From: Oceanitalea stevensii
GTDB taxonomy: Bacteria > Actinomycetota > Actinomycetes > Actinomycetales > Actinomycetaceae
Direction: 5' to 3'
Length of the DNA stretch: 41,471 nucleotides
Assembly: GCF_014837105.1 (NCBI RefSeq)
Contig: NZ_JACSPO010000016.1
Location: forward strand, 1-41,471
Shown here piece by piece: positions 9,705-18,176 of the stretch. Under the pieces are notes generated by a model. That model saw only the letters and a program-made list of their open reading frames with translations. It searched no databases and was not told where the DNA came from. Each line of letters opens with the position of its first letter. Positions within the stretch are counted from its first letter, which is position 1. Made by a program: the position numbers and the translations under genes.

Positions 9705-10627
9705 CGTGCGGCCCTCCCCCCTGCGGTCTCGTGCTCCGGCTCGTCGCCGTAGTGGCGCAGGAACAGGTCCTCGAGCGAGGGCGGGGTGATGGTGAGGTTG
9801 TGCACGCCGAGCTCCGCGAGCACGGGGAGCAGCTGCGGGACGGCGGTGTCGTCGACGTCGAAGCGCAGCCGGCCGCCGTCGACGGCGAGGTCGTGCACCC
9901 CCGGTGCCCGTCGGACGCGGGCGAGGTCCGCCGTCGTCGTGGCCGTGACGGTGGACCGGGTGAGGTGGCGCAGCTCGGCCAGGGTGCCGGTCTCGACGTC
10001 GCGGCCCGCGCGGATGATCGTCACGGTGTCGCAGAGCTTCTCGACCTCGGCGAGGATGTGGCTGGAGAGCAGGACGGTGCGTCCCTGGTCCCGCAGGCGG
10101 CGGACCTCCTCGGTGAAGACGGCCTCCATGAGGGGGTCCAGGCCGGAGGTCGGCTCGTCGAGCAGGTAGAGCTCGACGTCGCGGGACAGGGCCGCGACGA
10201 GCGCGACCTTCTGGCGGTTGCCCTTGGAGTAGGTCCGGGTCCGCTTGGTGGGGTCGAGCTCGAAGCGCTCGAGCAGCTCGGCGCGCCGGCGGCGGTGGGC
10301 GGTGCCCGTCTCGTGCCGGGTGAGCACGTCGATCGCCTCACCGCCCGTGAGGGCCGGCCACAGGCTCGTGTCACCGGGGACGTAGGCGAGGCGGCGGTGG
10401 ACGGCGACGGCGTCGCTCCACGGGTCACGGCCGAGGACCTGGGCGGTGCCCGAGTCCGCTCGCAGCATGCCGAGCAGGACGCGGATGGTCGTCGACTTGC
10501 CCGACCCGTTGGGGCCGAGGAAGCCGGTGACCTGACCGGCCGGCACGCGGAGCGAGAAGCCGTCGAGGGCGCGGGTGGAGCCGAAGGTCTTGACGAGGTC
10601 CTGCGCGAGGATGGCGGTGTCCGACAT
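9701..10627 (-). CDS. ABC transporter ATP-binding protein (ABC-2/DrrA-like)
   Basis: The true start is an internal ATG at 10625-10627 (MSDTAILAQDLVKTFG), preceded by GGAGA; the longer ORF in the track is a read-through artefact. Walker A is GPNGSGKST, the ABC signature is YSKGNRQKV and Walker B is LYLLDEPTSGLD. Confidence 0.9.
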   Translation of the reverse strand: MSDTAILAQDLVKTFGSTRALDGFSLRVPAGQVTGFLGPNGSGKSTTIRVLLGMLRADSGTAQVLGRDPWSDAVAVHRRLAYVPGDTSLWPALTGGEAIDVLTRHETGTAHRRRRAELLERFELDPTKRTRTYSKGNRQKVALVAALSRDVELYLLDEPTSGLDPLMEAVFTEEVRRLRDQGRTVLLSSHILAEVEKLCDTVTIIRAGRDVETGTLAELRHLTRSTVTATTTADLARVRRAPGVHDLAVDGGRLRFDVDDTAVPQLLPVLAELGVHNLTITPPSLEDLFLRHYGDEPEHETAGGRAAR

Positions 10628-10638
10628 CGTGTCTCCTG

Positions 10639-11301
10639 TCAGCGTTCGGGTGCCTGGCCGGTGCGGCTCTCGACGTAGGAGTCGAGCAGGGACCGGTCGG
10701 TGAGCAACGGCTCGGTGTAGACCTCGAGGAGCGGGCCGACGATGCGCTCGGAGTAGGCGCGCAGCCAGCCCGGCAGCTCGTCGAGGTCGAGGTGCTCCTG
10801 CTGGGCGGGCAGCTGGAGGAGCAGCGCGCCGAGCGCCTGCTCGGTGAGGACCCGCGCACGGGCCTCGGGGTTCCTGCTGGGCCGGACGACGCCGGCCGCC
10901 TCCCCCTGCCGGAGGTACTCGACGGCGTCGCTGACGAAGCCGTCGACGAGCTGGGTGGCCAGCGGGCCGCCGGCCTGCAGCCGGCGCAGGACGTAGCCGA
11001 CGACAGGCGCGTAGCCCTCGATCTGCGCCAGCTGCGTGAGCATCGCCCCCGCCCCACCGCCACCGCCGAGCACGGGGGCCTTGTTCTCGCGGGCCACCGT
11101 GAGGACGTGGGCGTCGCATGCCTCGCGCAGCCCGTCGCGGGAGCCGAAGTGGTGGAGGATGAGCGCCGCGCTCACCCCGGCGTCGGCCGCGACGGTGCGG
11201 AGCGGGGCGGCCACGCCGTCGGCGGCGAAGCGACGCACGGCGGCGTGGAGGATGCGGGCACGGGCGGTGAGCTCGCCACCGACGGCCTGGGCTGAACCCA
11301 T
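10639..11301 (-). CDS. TetR/AcrR-family transcriptional regulator
   Basis: ATG at 11299-11301 (MGSAQAVGGELTARARILHAAVRRFAADGVAAPLRTVAADAGVSAALILHHFGSRDGL). The N-terminal HTH is TetR-type. It lies 11 bp upstream of the ABC ATPase on the same strand. Confidence 0.85.
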   Translation of the reverse strand: MGSAQAVGGELTARARILHAAVRRFAADGVAAPLRTVAADAGVSAALILHHFGSRDGLREACDAHVLTVARENKAPVLGGGGGAGAMLTQLAQIEGYAPVVGYVLRRLQAGGPLATQLVDGFVSDAVEYLRQGEAAGVVRPSRNPEARARVLTEQALGALLLQLPAQQEHLDLDELPGWLRAYSERIVGPLLEVYTEPLLTDRSLLDSYVESRTGQAPER

Positions 11302-11326
11302 GTTCAATAGGCTAAACACGTGTTCA
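11293..11326. promoter_or_regulatory. Candidate TetR operator: two adjacent palindromes overlapping the tetR start codon
   Basis: The first palindrome is TGAACccatGTTCA (11293-11306), a perfect 5-bp inverted repeat spanning the ATG. The second is AAACACGTGTTCA (11314-11326), containing the perfect 10-bp palindrome AACACGTGTT. Both sit in the 46-bp gap between tetR and the upstream FtsX gene. Confidence 0.5.
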
Positions 11327-11347
11327 GCCGCGGTCAAGGGGAGCGCC

Positions 11348-12571
11348 TCAGAGTCCTCCGCGCAGTGCTGCCACCGGCTCGAGGGACGCCGCCTTGAGCG
11401 CCGGGTAGGCCCCGGCGAGCAGGCCGATGACACCGCCGAGGGCTGCCGAGCCGGCGACCAGGCCGAGGTCGAGGATGGGCGTCCACTTCTGGACCACGCT
11501 GATCCCCACGACGGCGAAGGCGCCCATCGAGGCCCCGATGAGCCCGCCGAGCAGGCCGATGGTCACCGACTCGGCGATGAACTGGGTGGCGATCTGTCGG
11601 CGGCTGGCGCCCAGCGCCCGCCGCAGGCCGATCTCCCCCACCCGCTCCATGACGCCCAGCAGCGTGACGTTGGCGATCCCGAGCCCACCGACGAGCAGGG
11701 CCACCCCGCCGAGCGCGAGGAAGATCGCGTTGATGTCGCCCTGGACGTTCTCCCGCAGCACGTTCCCCAGGGACGGCGCCTGGACGGTGACGTTCTCCGG
11801 GGTGTTCGGCGAGAGCGCGAGCGGTGCCTGCTCGGCCAGCAGCGGGCCGGCGCCGACGGCGATGCGCACCTGCACCTCGGTGGCCGCCGTGAGGTCGAGG
11901 TCGGCGCGCGCGGTCCCCAGCGGGAGGATGACGGCGTCGAGGACGTCCTTGCGGCGGGCGACGTCGTCGATGATGCCGATGACCGTGTAGGCCTCCTCAC
12001 CGATGAAGATGGCGGGCTGGGAGTCCACGCGGTTGATGCTCAGCCGCTGGGCGGCGCCGGAGCCGAGGACGACGACGCGGTCGGCGCGGGCGTCGTGCCC
12101 GGCGTCGAACATGCGCCCGGTGGCCAGCTCCCCGCGCAGGGCGGGCAGCAGCTGGTCCGAGCTCGCCACGAGGCTGGGCTGCGCCTGGGTGGCCGCCGCG
12201 GGGTCGACGAGCGGCACGGAGGTGATCCGGCGTCCCCCGGCGTCGAGGTCGGCCATGAGGACGGCGGCCTCGACCCCGGCCAGGCGCTCGAGCCGCTCGG
12301 AGCTGTCCCACGGCAGCGCCGTGCGTGAGCGGCTCGCGCCGCCCGCGCCCTCCGCGGTGCCGGGCGTGACGACGGCCTGGGTGGCCGCGACGGCGTCGAA
12401 CTGGCGGGCGATCTGCCCGCCACCGGTCTGGGCCATCCCGATGGTGACGACGAGCGCCGCGATGCCGAGCACCGTGCCGAGGATCGTGAGGGCGAGCTTG
12501 CCCGGGCGCGCGCCGATGCCGTGCGCGGACTCGCGCAGCAGGTCGCGCAGCCCGAAGCCGTTGCCGTTCAC
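11348..12571 (-). CDS. ABC transporter permease, FtsX/MacB-like (4 TM with large extracytoplasmic domain)
   Basis: The N-terminal TM helix is followed by an extracytoplasmic domain of about 230 aa and then three C-terminal TM helices (FIAESVTIGLLGGLIGASMGAF...), which is the classic MacB/FtsX topology. It overlaps the ATPase stop by 4 bp. Confidence 0.85.
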   Translation of the reverse strand: MNGNGFGLRDLLRESAHGIGARPGKLALTILGTVLGIAALVVTIGMAQTGGGQIARQFDAVAATQAVVTPGTAEGAGGASRSRTALPWDSSERLERLAGVEAAVLMADLDAGGRRITSVPLVDPAAATQAQPSLVASSDQLLPALRGELATGRMFDAGHDARADRVVVLGSGAAQRLSINRVDSQPAIFIGEEAYTVIGIIDDVARRKDVLDAVILPLGTARADLDLTAATEVQVRIAVGAGPLLAEQAPLALSPNTPENVTVQAPSLGNVLRENVQGDINAIFLALGGVALLVGGLGIANVTLLGVMERVGEIGLRRALGASRRQIATQFIAESVTIGLLGGLIGASMGAFAVVGISVVQKWTPILDLGLVAGSAALGGVIGLLAGAYPALKAASLEPVAALRGGL

Positions 12572-13290
12572 GGCACCTCCCGCAGCACGCCGTCGGTGAT
12601 CCGCACGCGGCGCTGGGCGCGGGCGGCGACGGCGTCGTCGTGGGTGATGACGAGGAGGGTGAGGCCGTCGGCGTGCAGCTCGTCGAAGAGGTCGAGGACC
12701 TCCCCGGACGTCACGGTGTCGAGGTTGCCGGTGGGCTCGTCGGCGAGCAGCAGCCGCGGCGCGGTGACGACCGCCCGGGCGACGGCGACGCGCTGGCGCT
12801 CCCCGCCGGAGAGCGTGGTGGGGCGGAAGCCGATGCGGTGCTCGAGGCCCACCCGCTGCAGGGCGGCGTAGGCGCGGTGCAGCCGCTCCTCGCGCGGCAG
12901 GCCGGAGTACATCGTGGCGAGCAGGACGTTCTCCAGGACCGTGCGGTGCGGGAGCAGGTGGAAGGCCTGGAAGACGAAGCCGATGAGCCCGCCACGCAGC
13001 GCCGTGCGCTGCCGCTCGCCCACCGTGTGGGTGGGGATGCCGTCGAGCCAGTACTCCCCGGCCGAGGGCCGGTCGAGGAGGCCGAGGAGGTTGAGCAGCG
13101 TCGACTTGCCCGAGCCGGAAGGCCCGACGATGGAGAGGTACTCCCCGCGTGGCACCCGCAGGGAGACCGGGTGCAGCGCCGTGACGGCGGGCGGTCCGGG
13201 GAAGGAGCGGGAGACCTCACGCAGGTCGACGACGGGCGGCACCTCGCCGTCCTCGACGACCGCGTCCTCGCGGACCGGCGCGGCCGTCAC
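12568..13290 (-). CDS. ABC transporter ATP-binding protein, MacB/LolD/FtsE-like
   Basis: Walker A is GPSGSGKST, Q-loop FQAFHLL, signature LSGGERQRVAVARA, Walker B LLLADEPTGNLD and H-loop ITHD. Confidence 0.9.
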   Translation of the reverse strand: MTAAPVREDAVVEDGEVPPVVDLREVSRSFPGPPAVTALHPVSLRVPRGEYLSIVGPSGSGKSTLLNLLGLLDRPSAGEYWLDGIPTHTVGERQRTALRGGLIGFVFQAFHLLPHRTVLENVLLATMYSGLPREERLHRAYAALQRVGLEHRIGFRPTTLSGGERQRVAVARAVVTAPRLLLADEPTGNLDTVTSGEVLDLFDELHADGLTLLVITHDDAVAARAQRRVRITDGVLREVP

Positions 13291-14873
13291 CGGCCGACCA
13301 CCACGAGGTCGCCGACGGCCAGGCCCTCAGCGCTGACCTCGACGTACCCGTCGGCCGTGAGGCCGGTCTCGACGACGACGATCTCGGTGCGCTCACCGCC
13401 GCGGTCGACCTCCACACGGCTCTCCCCGCCGGCGCCGGCGGTCAGCGCGGCGACGGGCACGACGAGGACCTCCCCGCCGGTCGACTCGAGCGGGACCGTC
13501 ACGCGGACGTTGGAGCCGACGATCTCGGCGCGCTGCTCCTCGGTGATCTCGACCGGGACGAGGACGAGCTCGTGCCGGTCCCCGCCGCCACCGCCACCGC
13601 CGCCGTCCTCGCCGTCGCCCTCGCCGTCGGCGGTGGGCCGGGCGCTGGGGGTGCGCGTCTCCGTGACGGTCGCCTCGATCTCCTCCTCCCCCACGGTGAA
13701 GTAGGCCGTCGTCCCCTCGGGCACGAGGGCGGCGTCGGCGTCGGAGACGCTGGCGAGGACCTGGAGGGTCGCCCCGGAGATGGTGAGGGCCTCCCCGCTC
13801 ACCGTGTCCCCGCGGCGCACCATGACGGAGTCGACCCGGCGCGGCAGGGTGTCGACGTAGACGACCTCCGCCGCGGGCAGCGGGGTCATCGCGGTGTTGC
13901 GCGCCTCGGCGAGCGCGCGCGCGGCGTCCTCGACGGCGGTGGCGGCGGCGTCACGGGCGGAGCGCTCGGCGGAGGTGTCCGGGGCGGTGAGCGCCTCCTC
14001 GCGCTCGGCGCGGACGACCGCCAGCTCCTCCCGGGCCTGGGTGACGGCCTCGGCGCCCTCCGGCGCGGCGAGCTGGACGGCTCGCTCGGCGCGGGCCACC
14101 GCGGTGTCCAGCCGCAGCCGCTCCGAGCGGGGCAGCCCGCCGGCCGCACGGTCGACCTCTGCCTGCGCCTGCGCGTAGGCCTCCTCGGCCATCCGCAGCC
14201 CCTCACGGGCGGCGGTGAGCGCCTCGCCGGCCCCCTCCTCCGCGACGGGCGACGCGTAACCGGCCTCCTGGTAGAGGGCGTCGACGGCGGCGGAGGTGGC
14301 GGCGTCGAAGACGTCGGAGTCGCGGTTGCCGACGCCCAGGCCCAGCGAGTGCAGCGCGTCCTTGAGCTGGGTGACGTCGGGGCCCGAGCTGCCCACGCGC
14401 AGCGTGCGGTAGACGGGCAGCTCCCCGGGCAGCACGATGACCGGCCGCCCGGCGACCTCCATGATCACCTGCCCGGCCTCGACGAGGTCCCCGACCTCGG
14501 GCACCTGCCCGGTGACGATGGCGGGTCCACCCATGTCGGTGGTCTCGAGGGCCACGGAGACCGGGTCGTCGTAGAGCGCGTCACCGCGCAGGGTGAGGTC
14601 GGTGGACAGCTCGCGCTCCTCGACCGGCACGGTGATGAGCCCGGCCTCGGGCGGCGCGGCCTCCGCCGCACGCTGCGCCGGGGAGATGACGAGGTTGCTC
14701 ACCCCGATCCCGGCCGCGAGGCTCGCGACGGCGGTCGCGGCGACGACGACGATCGTCCGGTTCGCGCGGGGCGGCCGGACCCCGGGCGGCAGCTCCTCCT
14801 CGGGCTCCCCCGGCAGGTCGAGGACGGCGTCGACCGGCTCGCCGGGCTGCTGCCGGCGGCGGAGGCGGATCAC
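13287..14873 (-). CDS. Periplasmic adaptor / membrane-fusion protein (HlyD/MacA-like) with a peptidoglycan-binding domain
   Basis: An N-terminal TM anchor (IVVVAATAVASLAAGIGV) is followed by beta-barrel/lipoyl-like segments, a long coiled-coil (AEEAYAQAQAEVDRA...) and a PG_binding_1-like motif (GPDVTQLKDALHSLGLGVGNRDSDVFDAATSAAVDALYQEAGY). A poly-Gly acidic linker lies near the C-terminus. It overlaps both neighbouring genes by 4 bp. Confidence 0.8.
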   Translation of the reverse strand: MIRLRRRQQPGEPVDAVLDLPGEPEEELPPGVRPPRANRTIVVVAATAVASLAAGIGVSNLVISPAQRAAEAAPPEAGLITVPVEERELSTDLTLRGDALYDDPVSVALETTDMGGPAIVTGQVPEVGDLVEAGQVIMEVAGRPVIVLPGELPVYRTLRVGSSGPDVTQLKDALHSLGLGVGNRDSDVFDAATSAAVDALYQEAGYASPVAEEGAGEALTAAREGLRMAEEAYAQAQAEVDRAAGGLPRSERLRLDTAVARAERAVQLAAPEGAEAVTQAREELAVVRAEREEALTAPDTSAERSARDAAATAVEDAARALAEARNTAMTPLPAAEVVYVDTLPRRVDSVMVRRGDTVSGEALTISGATLQVLASVSDADAALVPEGTTAYFTVGEEEIEATVTETRTPSARPTADGEGDGEDGGGGGGGGDRHELVLVPVEITEEQRAEIVGSNVRVTVPLESTGGEVLVVPVAALTAGAGGESRVEVDRGGERTEIVVVETGLTADGYVEVSAEGLAVGDLVVVGR

Positions 14874-15931
14874 GCGTCCTTCCCGTACGCCGCGACGACG
14901 GCGTCGATGTCCGCCTGGTAGGTCTCGATGAACTTCTTCTCGAGCTCGAACTGGATCTCGAGCGACCGGGCCTCCACGTCCAGCTCCTCCTGGCAGCGGA
15001 AGTCGGCGACGGCGGCGGCGATCTCGCGCTCGCGGAGCTCGGCGAGCCCCATCTCCTCCATGACCTCCGCGACGGGGTCGCCACCGCCCGCGGCGTCCAG
15101 GGCCTCCCAGTCGAGGTTCTCCCAGTCGATCTCGGCGTCGGCCTTCTGGTAGAGCGCGTCGTACTCCTCGTAGAACTGCTCGGTCGCCGCCATGGGGGTG
15201 GTCATGCCGGTGATGCCGGCGTCAGCCATGCAGGCGGCCCACTCGTCGTTGACCTCCCGCATGCGGGGGTCCTTCTCACCGTCCTGGTAGAGCTGGTCCA
15301 TGGCCTCGAAGAGCTCGGTGAAGGCCGGGTCGGACCACGGGTCCCCCTCCTCGTAGACCTCGTGGGTGGCCAGGCCCTGGCAGCCGGCCTCCTCCCAGTC
15401 GTACTCCTCGAGGATCTCCTCGTCCTCGACCCACTCCTCCTCCTCGAAGGTCTGTGGGCCGTAGAGGGCCTCGAAGTAGGCCTCCTGCTCGGAGGCCGAC
15501 ATCCCGTTGACGTACTCGTCGTTGGGGTCGACCCACTCCTCCTCGGGCTCCGCGACCTCCTCCTCCTGCGCCGACCACGGGTCGGTGGTCACCCCGTAGC
15601 CGTACTGCTGGGCCCACTCCTCGGTGTTCCAGTCCTCGTCCTCGGTGACGATCGTGGTACCCATGTCGTACTCGACGGGCGTGTACTCGAAGCCCTCGTC
15701 CGCCATGCAGGAGGCGACGGTCTCCTCGACCTGCCGCATGCGCTCCGCCTCCTCGCGCTCCATCTCCTCCGGGTCCTGCCCGCTGCCCCAGACGACGCCG
15801 AGCGCCTCGTTGAGGGGGCTGTCCTCCCAGGTGAGCTCGGCGCTCTCGGCGGCGGGGCCGTCCGAACAGGCGGTCAGCGCCGCGAGAGCAGCGACGGAGG
15901 CAAGGACGACTCGGGCGGTGCGCATGGGCAT
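14870..15931 (-). CDS. Secreted lipoprotein, extremely acidic and Trp-rich, with an internal duplication (hypothetical)
   Basis: Signal peptide plus lipobox (LAALTAC, Cys22). About 12 Trp residues in EEW/DEW/DPW contexts and a very high Glu/Asp content. The motif x-ACMAD-xG occurs twice (VASCMADEGF and WAACMADAGI). It is the first gene of the adaptor-ATPase-permease operon, sharing a 4-bp overlap with the adaptor. Confidence 0.6.
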   Translation of the reverse strand: MPMRTARVVLASVAALAALTACSDGPAAESAELTWEDSPLNEALGVVWGSGQDPEEMEREEAERMRQVEETVASCMADEGFEYTPVEYDMGTTIVTEDEDWNTEEWAQQYGYGVTTDPWSAQEEEVAEPEEEWVDPNDEYVNGMSASEQEAYFEALYGPQTFEEEEWVEDEEILEEYDWEEAGCQGLATHEVYEEGDPWSDPAFTELFEAMDQLYQDGEKDPRMREVNDEWAACMADAGITGMTTPMAATEQFYEEYDALYQKADAEIDWENLDWEALDAAGGGDPVAEVMEEMGLAELREREIAAAVADFRCQEELDVEARSLEIQFELEKKFIETYQADIDAVVAAYGKDA

Positions 15932-16079
15932 CTCCTCGGGTGGGGCGCGCTCCAGTGCGAGCCGATGCGAGTGACGCTAGTGAGCGGGCCACCTCGGCGG
16001 CGTCGTACCAAGGAATGATTTCCGTCGCCCGGGGGACTCGATTCGGTAACGGTCGGGCGCCAGCACCTAGAGTGGGACG

Positions 16080-16766
16080 GTGCCTGCAACCATCAAGGAC
16101 CCGATCGTCTGGATCGACTGCGAGATGACCGGGCTGGACCTCAGCCGGGACGCGCTCATCGAGGTCGCCGTCGTCGTCACCGACTCCGAGCTGCGGCCGG
16201 TGGACGCGGGGATCGACCTCGTCATCGCACCGCCCGCCGAGGCCGTGGAGCAGATGGGTGACGTCGTGCGCGAGATGCACACGACCTCCGGCCTCCTCGA
16301 GGAGCTCGACGCCGGGCTCACCATGGCCGACGCGCAGGAGCGGGTCCTGGCCTACGTGCGCCGCTGGGTGCCCGAGCCGCGCAAGGCCCCGCTCGCGGGC
16401 AACTCCGTGGGCACCGACCGCACCTTCCTCGAGCGCGACATGCCCGCGCTCGTCGAGCACCTGCACTACCGGATCATCGACGTGTCCTCGGTCAAGGAGC
16501 TGGCCCGGCGCTGGTACCCGCGCGCCTACTTCCACTCCCCGCAGAAGCACGGTGGCCACCGCGCGCTGGCGGACATCCTCGAGAGCATCGACGAGCTGCG
16601 CTACTACCGCGCCGTCCTGTGGCCCGAGGGGGAGGGACCGGACACGCCCACCGTCAAGGCGGCCGCCGAGGCCGTCACCTCGAGCCCGACGGCGGCGGAG
16701 GTCGAGCGCCTCGCCGCGAAGGCGGCCGCCAGGGCCGCCGGTGAGACACGCATCACCGGCTCCTGA
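16080..16766 (+). CDS. orn: Oligoribonuclease (3'-5' exoribonuclease, DEDDh family)
   Basis: GTG start at 16080. Exo I motif is WIDCEMTGLD. Text reads ...LAGNSVGTDRTFLERDMPALVEHLHYRIIDVSSVKELARRWYP. In actinobacteria orn is conserved immediately upstream of tRNA-His. Confidence 0.9.
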   Translation: MPATIKDPIVWIDCEMTGLDLSRDALIEVAVVVTDSELRPVDAGIDLVIAPPAEAVEQMGDVVREMHTTSGLLEELDAGLTMADAQERVLAYVRRWVPEPRKAPLAGNSVGTDRTFLERDMPALVEHLHYRIIDVSSVKELARRWYPRAYFHSPQKHGGHRALADILESIDELRYYRAVLWPEGEGPDTPTVKAAAEAVTSSPTAAEVERLAAKAAARAAGETRITGS

Positions 16767-16839
16767 GCCGTCCGGATTCCACACCGCTGGGGTCCAGCGG
16801 CTACAGTGGGTGACTGCTGCGCCTCCCTGAGGCGTGCAT

Positions 16840-16916
16840 GGTGGGTGTAGCTCAGCTGGTAGAGCGCCGCGTTGTGGTCGCGGATGTCGCGGGTTCAAGT
16901 CCCGTCACTCACCCGG
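16840..16916 (+). tRNA. tRNA-His (anticodon GTG), with encoded G-1
   Basis: Acceptor stem gGTGGGTG/CACTCAC with one G.T pair; D-arm AGCTCAGCTGGTAGAGC; anticodon stem-loop CCGCG-TTGTGGT-CGCGG; T-arm GCGGG-TTCAAGT-CCCGT; discriminator C; no encoded CCA. Confidence 0.85.
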
Positions 16917-16920
16917 AGAG

Positions 16921-16950
16921 CGAGGCCCGGACCGACAGGTCCGGGCCTCG
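16921..16950 (+). terminator. Perfect 12-bp stem / 6-nt loop hairpin directly after tRNA-His
   Basis: CGAGGCCCGGAC-cgacag-GTCCGGGCCTCG. GC-rich intrinsic-terminator-like structure; there is no U-tract, which is common in high-GC actinobacteria. Confidence 0.55.
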
Positions 16951-16980
16951 CCCATTTCCCGCGGCCCCGGCAGCGCCTCC

Positions 16981-17440
16981 GGCCCCCGGCTCCCGCCTCC
17001 GGGCCCCAGCTCCCGCCTCCGGGCCCCAGCTCCCGCCTCGGGGCCCCAGCTCCCGCCTCCGGGCCCCAGCTCCCGCCTCCCCCGGTCCACGCTGCTGATG
17101 CTGATCCGCGCGGCGGATATACCAGCAGCGCGGACCGGTATCAGCAGCGGGGTCCGCCCGGCATCACCAGCGGGGTCCGCCCACCTCCCCGCCCCCGGCT
17201 CCCGCCTCCGGGGCGCCGGTTCCCGCCTCCGGGCCCCAGCCTCCGGGGCGCCGGCTCGCGCCTCCGGGGCGCCGGCTCCCGCCTCCCCCGGTCCACGCTG
17301 CTGATGCTGATCCGCGCGGCGGATATATCAGCAGCGCGGACCGGTATCAGCAGCGGGGCCCGACCGATATCAGCAGCGGGGTCCGCCCGGCAGCAGCGGG
17401 TCCGGTTCAGCAGCGAGGTCCGCGGGGGCGCGGACCGTAC
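16981..17440. repeat. Composite non-coding repeat array
   Basis: Five tandem copies of a 20-mer GGGCCCCAGCTCCCGCCTCC (16981-17080) are followed by a roughly 45-bp unit containing the inverted repeat GCTGCTGAT...ATCAGCAGC around a GATATATC core (17081-17160). The whole block recurs about 206 bp later in degenerate form (17190-17370). At least eight spaced copies of (AT)CAGCAGCGGGG lie in 17121-17420. Confidence 0.7.
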
Positions 17441-17449
17441 GATCACGCG

Positions 17450-18136
17450 GTGGACGACGATCTCGGCGCGGCGCGCGCGCTCCTCAGCACCCGGCGCCTC
17501 GTGGTGCTCGACCTCGACGGTCCCCTCACCCGGCTCCTGCCCGGCCAGGAGTACCTCCGCGTGACGGCCGGCGCTCTCGAGCTCGCCCTCTCGCTCGGGC
17601 TCGAGCCCGACGACGACCTCGGCACCGAGACCGACCACGTCCAGCTCCTGCGCCTCGTCGCCGAGCGGGACCCGGACGCCGGACGCGTCGTCGAGCGGTG
17701 GTGCACCGAGCGGGAGGTCGCGGCGGCGGCCGGCGCCCTGCTCGTTCCCGGGGCCGAGGCCTTCGTCGTCACGTGCCTCGACCGGGGTGCCGCCGTCGCC
17801 GTCGTCACGAACAACGCACCGGAGGCGGCGGCCGCCGTCCTCGCCACGGGTGGGCCGGTCCTCGCAGGGCTCCCGGTGCACGGGCGGGACCCGGAGCGGC
17901 CGGAGCACCTCAAGCCCTCCCCGCACCCGCTGCTGGCCGCGGCCGAAGGCGCCGGCGTGGCTCCCGCGGACGCCGTCATGGTCGGCGACTCGCCCAGCGA
18001 CGTCCACGCGGCGACGGCGGCCGGGATGCCGTGCATCGGCCTGTCCCCTGACTCCGGGCGGCGCGCGGAGCTGCGCGCCGTGGGCGCGGTCGCGGCGGCG
18101 CCGAACCTGGCCGTTCTGCGCCCCGGCCCCGTCTAG
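17450..18136 (+). CDS. HAD-superfamily hydrolase (subfamily IA phosphatase-like)
   Basis: GTG start at 17450. Motif I is VVLDLDGPLT, motif III-like is VVTNNAPE, motif IV is VMVGDSPSDVHAATAAGMPCIG. It is followed 40 bp later by the GCHII fusion gene on the same strand. Confidence 0.75.
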   Translation: MDDDLGAARALLSTRRLVVLDLDGPLTRLLPGQEYLRVTAGALELALSLGLEPDDDLGTETDHVQLLRLVAERDPDAGRVVERWCTEREVAAAAGALLVPGAEAFVVTCLDRGAAVAVVTNNAPEAAAAVLATGGPVLAGLPVHGRDPERPEHLKPSPHPLLAAAEGAGVAPADAVMVGDSPSDVHAATAAGMPCIGLSPDSGRRAELRAVGAVAAAPNLAVLRPGPV

Positions 18137-18176
18137 AGTGGCGAGGTCGCCAGACCGGTGCAGGAAGGATCAACCG

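Noticed and set aside
16951-17440. Possible CRISPR array
   Set aside because: The repeats are directly tandem or nested with no unique spacers of regular length, there are no cas genes nearby, and the repeat units are heterogeneous.
16834-17564. ORFs translating the tRNA-His downstream repeats as Pro/Gly/Ser-rich proteins
   Set aside because: They read through the tRNA-His gene and its terminator hairpin. The periodicity comes from 20-bp DNA tandem repeats, with no RBS or domain. I treat the region as a non-coding repeat region.
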